The position numbers and the translations under genes were made by a program. The notes below the pieces were generated by a model that ran no database searches, had not been told where the DNA came from, and saw only the letters and a program-made list of their open reading frames with translations. Of a stretch of 64,000 nt of DNA, positions 58,998 to 64,000 are shown piece after piece. Numbering within the stretch: the first letter of the stretch is position 1; each line of letters starts with the position of its first letter. The stretch spans positions 2,480,001 through 2,544,000 of the forward strand of contig CP089279.1 in the NCBI GenBank assembly GCA_023920165.1, in the 5' to 3' direction. Source of the DNA: Curvularia clavata. Taxonomy: Eukaryota.

Positions 58998-60660
58998 CTA
59001 TTGGAGGGGCTCCGAAGAGGAAGAGAGACGGTTGAGATGGAGGTAGACGTCGGTGCCGTAGCTGAGCGTAAGGGAAGGAGGGTCAGCCTTTTCTGGGAAT
59101 GGATTTGGTGGATAGGAAAAAAGAGAAAAGATAGAAATAGACGCCTGGAAAAAAAGAGGCAACAGAAAACAGGAAAGCCGTGGCTGAAAATGAGCGAGGA
59201 AAGAAGGACAAGCCTGTTGAAAGAAAAGAGAATACGCCTAAAAGATACGTACCCTTCCATAGAGATCAACTTAAGATCGCCGCCAAAGTAACGTGCATAA
59301 AGCCTCGAGATGGGTAGTCCATAACCGAACCCAGCCATGGGTGCTTTAAAATCGTTCTTGTTGAAATCCGGGTCCAGGCTAGGCGTTTGGTCGACAGTCG
59401 TGTACATATACGTCCAGACGAGGGGAATTGCCGACCGAGGAATACCACCTCCTTCGTCCGAGATCTTGATGGTGATGTCCTCTTTGCCCTCTGCGACAAT
59501 GACCTTTGTAACAGGAAAGGCCTCTTTATCCTGCCCGTGTCTCTCCACGACGGCACGCAGCGAGTTTTTGAGTGTCTCGAAGAGCATGTGCGACAAATGT
59601 CCAGGAACGTACATGAAGTTGATCTCTGGGTTGCACACGAGCTGCACCTTTGGGGCATCGAACAATCCGTAGTGGTCCTCGCAAACAAAGCGCGCGTTCT
59701 CGATGGCTTCCTGGGCTAGTTCCTGAACGTTGGTCTTGGTGCATATTATGCCGACGTAGTTTGGATCCCGCCGTGAGCGTTGGTCAGTAAGGGCAATGTG
59801 TTGGCCGATGAGCATACGGATACCGATACGGGACATGTAGAAGCGATCGAGGAAAGCCTGTATGTTGTGGTCAATGTGCATGCGTTGCCTCTTGCGCTTC
59901 CACTCGAGGATGCCCTGAGCGACGGTTGTAACAACGCTGTCGTGCCGCCGTTTGATCTTCTCTAGAGTCTCTGCAAATTTGGTGTTGTATGCGCTGAGCT
60001 CCGGAGGCCACTCGCGGCCATCGTCTGCAGCAGCATAGTATCGCCGACTCGCGCCCTTGACCTCTTTTGTGATTCCATGACCATTGCCGTTGCCATTTCC
60101 ATTTGACGGCGCAGATCGGTATTGACCAGTCTTGATGCTCGGATTCTGGGTTGGTTTGCTCATCAAGTTCTTGTCGCCGTTGTTCTTGGCTGGCTTTAGC
60201 AGCCGCTCCTTGACTTCGCTGGAGAGGTTCGGTCGTGGTAGTTCAACAAGTTCCTAGCGCTGTAAGTCAAGTTTGGCGACAAATTATCACTGTACACACC
60301 TCGAACGACTGCGCATACCAGTCGCGCACGCGGCAGATGGAAGGCATCTCATTGAGGCCATCGGGGAGGTCGTTGAGCTCTTGGACGCGGTGTGCTAAGC
60401 GAATGGGAAGTTCTTCGGAGAGGAACTGTGACGCGCGGAAGAGGGTTCCTGTAGACGGCTTCTCTCCGAATTGCACCATCTGCCGTAGGGAGACGCCTGA
60501 AGAGGAATTAGACAGATACTAGACATGGACGGTCGAGGGTATGCACCAGTCGCCGGAAAGTTGCTGTAGTGCTGCGCGCGAGTTAGCAATAGATGCGTCG
60601 TGGCATGTTTGGCCGTACCTTGATGGTTTCCATCAGCCTCTCGCTCCGCTTCCACGACAT
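58998..60660 (-). CDS. Mitochondrial pyruvate dehydrogenase kinase (PDK/BCKDK family); 5 exons
   Basis: ELPIRLAHRV, FLDRFYMSRIGIRMLIGQH, FETLKNSLRA, DEGGG, MAGFGYGLPISRLYARYFGGDL, spliced C-terminus EG|YGTDVYLHLNRL. Introns 60572-60618, 60497-60546, ~60254-60299 and 59062-59252. Confidence 0.95.
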
Positions 60661-61728
60661 GATGGCAGGTGTTCAAGGCCGTAAAGGCCTGTGTCGCTGT
60701 GTGTTCGCCAAAGTGGTGTTGTTGTCGGTGGTGGAGGTGGTGTCGCCTGTCGAGCTACCAAGCGCCCCCACTATGACGCTAATTGATAGCAATGGCGGCA
60801 GGCCGAGGTAACGACGCGTGCGAGGGCAGTCGAGGGGCCGTTTGCCTGGGGCCGTGGTGAATGATAGATGAGCAGGGAGGACAGGAGCACATGTATAGGG
60901 CCAAATGGTCAGACGTGTGTAAACGGAGTTGTCCGGCAATGGCACCACTGATTGGAGGGCAGCTGCACTTCCCCCACACTTTTGGACTTGGGCGTGGAGA
61001 AGCACGCGCAACAGCGTCACGGAAATTGGCGGCCAGGCCCGTGGCTGACGAGATAGAATGGCCCAAAGGCTTGACTATGTGCATTTTGTTTTCTGGCCGC
61101 AGCCCAGGCGCCGGTGAATGCAGTGCAGCCATGCACGCACTCACCACCACACTCAGTCTCCAGCCACATGATCCTCGGCTAGCCGTCGGTAGAGCGCATG
61201 TTCCTTGCGCCATGTTCCTCAGCTCCGAGGACGGCCAGGTGCTCGCGTGAGCCGCGCCCATGGAGCTAGCAAAGTAGCATGATGCAACTGCTCCTAAAAG
61301 GGTCTTTTTTGTCCGAATTCCCGCAACGTGTCAGAAAATTTGCGTCCTTTGCTATTGGCTGCCGGGCCAAGGGCAGATGTTTACACAGGCTTCGTCATTG
61401 TCAATTAACCTTTATGCAGGCTTCGTCACTAATCACAAGCAGCAGTCTAGGGGACAAACAGATTTCAAGTGGATAGAGGAGAATTGTGATTTCGAACGTG
61501 CCGCCAAGTTGCAAACCGCGTCTATGCTGCACCTGATCGAAAACGCCCGCAAATGATACACCAAACATATTCTACATGAAACAGTAATGCGCTCCAACTG
61601 CGCCCACTGCATCCATCTTTCGTCTATCATTCATGTTGGTACAATCCAAAGAGATTTTGGTCCAAGAGGTATTAGAGAAGGGTCATGGCGTGTCGGAGAA
61701 AGGTAACGTCAACGGTGTAGTGAGACGC

Positions 61729-62459
61729 TTATTTGGTCTCCTCCTCGAGGAAGGTGATGAGGTCGTTGCGGTCCTTGGGCTTCTTGAGACCACCAAAGGC
61801 CATCTTGGTGCCGGGAATGTACTTCTTGGGGTTCTCGAGGTACTCGAACTGTGTCGTGTTAGCGGACCATGCCCGTGACATTTCCGTCTTCTGGTGGCGT
61901 GACGTACAAGAGTGTCGTGGTTCCACTCGATACCCTTCTGCTTGTTGGCGTCGGTGTATGAGTAGCCAGCGACGGAACCAGTCTTGCGGCCGAAAAGACC
62001 GTGGAGCTCAGGGCCGATCTTGTTGCCCTCGCCGGCCTTCAGGGTGTGGCACTGAGCGCAGCGGGTCTATAAAGCGGTCAGAAAAGTTCTGCGGGATATA
62101 ATGCGCCGTGAGAATTTTCAGCGGCATGTTGCTGTGTTCGTACCTTGAAGAGGTTGGCACCCTTCTTAGCATCGCCTGTGAGGGTATGTCAGCCACCTGC
62201 ATGACGACAGATTTTGTTGTCCTCCCGAGCCAGCCACTGCTCCCTGTCCCTCTATCGCATCTTCGCACACCGCCTCCCGACCTGTTGAGAGAAGGCAGTC
62301 CAGTACCCGGAAAAAATGCTGCTTCTCACAAAGGCCAGGTTTGGATATACGCGCAAACTCAATGGCGTTGCGATGAGGGAGCTGAGGCAAGCAAGCCGGT
62401 GGGAGACGGCCGATGACGTCTGATCGGTGTCAGGAAAACGTACCCTTTTCGAAACCCAT
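61729..62459 (-). CDS. CYC1: Cytochrome c; 4 exons
   Basis: [24 protein letters not shown] (CxxCH heme motif)..[33 protein letters not shown]. Confidence 0.97.
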
Positions 62460-63260
62460 TGTGATGAAGTGGGGTGTGTGTAGGTTGGTTAGATGGTAGG
62501 AAAGTAGTGTTCAAGTGTATGAGAGAAGTGACAGCTGGTGTATGGTAAGAGGGAAGCAGCGATGGGAACTGGAACGAGCGACAAAAAAGCTGGCAGAGGC
62601 AATTGAAAAAGCCAAACACGTGACTGCGCTCGCGTCAGGGCCCGTCATCTCATCACGGTTAGCGCCAGATAGCGGACGAATCAGCGATGCAGTAAAAGTC
62701 AGGAGTAGAAGCGGTCGGGTGGAACCGGTCCGAGGACGCCTGACCAGAGCTGACCAGAGGCTCTGTGCCCTGCCTGTCTGGTCGCCCCATTTACCTCATA
62801 CTACTCGGCAATCTTGCATCAAGTCATGAGTCGATGCCGTCATGACGTCGTCTGCCGACGACCAAAGTTTCAGCATACCGCCGTGCCTATGTCAAGGAAT
62901 CGATCAAAAAGCAAATGCCGTCTCTGTACCGCACATCTTCGGTTTCCCAGCCAGCCGGTTCCTGTGGTTTTCCTGCAGGGCGCCTGCTTTTGAACCAGAG
63001 ACGATGCTTGCGCAAGGGTCCGGAAAGCAATGTGACATACCCGCTAACCTGCCCATGTCCACGCCACTAGTTCCCCTCCCATTATACCTACCACTGTAGG
63101 TTCGTGAGTACTGATCTACTGTAGACAGCAGCACGTTGCTATTCCAGGCGCCGATCTTAGTACCCGTCCTGTCTTTTCCCAACTCGCCATCCCGCTTGGA
63201 CCAGTCAGGCGCTTTAGCCTCAGTTCGTTGAGTTTGCCCCGCCACACCTCAACCGATCAG

Positions 63261-64000
63261 ATGGACCAGATCCCGGGTATCTTGTACGCCGATGAGAACT
63301 TCACTACATGGTTGATCCTCGGTGCCAGCCGAGGCATTGGCCTGGAATTTGTCAAGCAGCTGTTGGCCAAGAACGAGCGCATCATAGCCACGGTGCGAGA
63401 ACCTTGGGCCGGCCATGCCAGTGCCCTGTGGGGACAGGCCGGTGGTGATCATGGCCGATGTCAAATGTACACGTGCGATGTCTTATCCGAGCAGAGCATC
63501 CAAGTATGGCCCACTGTTCCATTGTCAATCGGCATGGGCTGATGCGGTCAGAAATTCGTAGCCCAACTGGCATCACAGCCGAACCTGAAGATCGACTATG
63601 TAGTACTAAACGCAGGTGTTTTAAGGTACCCCAACGTAAGTTCTATATTATGCAATATGCATGGGGCTTGCACTAACCGCTGTAGAGGGCAACCGAGCTG
63701 TACGTTCTTCATCGCCGTTACGCCTTTCTGGTTATGGCTAAAGCGTGCATCTTGATTAAACTCCAATACGCTTGAGTGATAGGGCTGTGGTCAAGGTCAC
63801 AGGTACTGACTCTGGACAGATCCTTTGATGAATTCGCTTTCCACTTACACACGAACACCATCGGGCCCGTCATCGCAGCACAGAAACTCCTCCAAACAAA
63901 CATTCCCATTGGCACAATCGTCTTCATGTCTAGTGACTCGGGTTCTCACGGAAACTTTCGTGAAATGGAAGACGGCTTCGCTGCATATGCCGCATCCAAG
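63261..64000 (+). CDS. Short-chain dehydrogenase/reductase, truncated by the window end
   Basis: GASRGIG, LNAG, YAASK (YxxxK) at the window end; three introns including a 14-nt microexon 63686-63699. Confidence 0.88.

Noticed and set aside
58982..59252. Hydrophobic C-terminal extension of the PDK ORF that looks like a TM segment
   Set aside because: It is read-through of a pyrimidine-rich 191-nt intron; splicing restores the conserved GYGTDVYLHL ending.
46100..62459. Apparent energy-metabolism cluster (ATP5, FBP26, PDK, CYC1)
   Set aside because: Interspersed with unrelated genes and no shared motif seen; compatible with chance in a gene-dense core region.
62670..62700. CBC/HapX bipartite site (CGAAT) in the cytochrome c promoter
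   Set aside because: The downstream submotif does not match the CSAAT-N12-RWT consensus as I recall it.

Overview
Gene-dense, intron-containing DNA from a filamentous ascomycete. GT-AG introns are mostly 45-70 nt with CTAAC/CTGAC branch sites, and a RIP signature is present; a Dothideomycete/Pleosporales origin is an inference. About 24 protein-coding genes were reconstructed by hand. Recognisable ones are a Zn-alcohol dehydrogenase, STE11 MAPKKK, RRG9, an mpaB/DUF2236 oxygenase, RGP1, a HSP31/DJ-1 glyoxalase, a Zn2Cys6 transcription factor, ATP5, BTN1, an RXT3-domain protein, FBP26-type PFK-2/FBPase-2, pyruvate dehydrogenase kinase, cytochrome c and a truncated SDR. Two accessory-looking islands interrupt this backbone. 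(1) ~16.8-23 kb is a tandem triplication of a two-exon gene for a small single-pass membrane protein (signal peptide, WS[KR]EAILTL motif, TM helix, divergent cytosolic tail). The copies share long non-coding flanks and show a lost start codon, a coding minisatellite expansion, a premature stop and a RIP scar. (2) ~32.3-37.6 kb holds HSP31 plus a Zn2Cys6 TF, bracketed by a G-quadruplex-rich fold-back element and a pogo/Fot1 transposase relic. Also notable are a pepsin-fold membrane protein lacking its catalytic motif, transcribed divergently from a GPI-type mucin, and a small hydrophilin with dehydrin K-segment-like motifs. All calls are by eye; no database searches were run.
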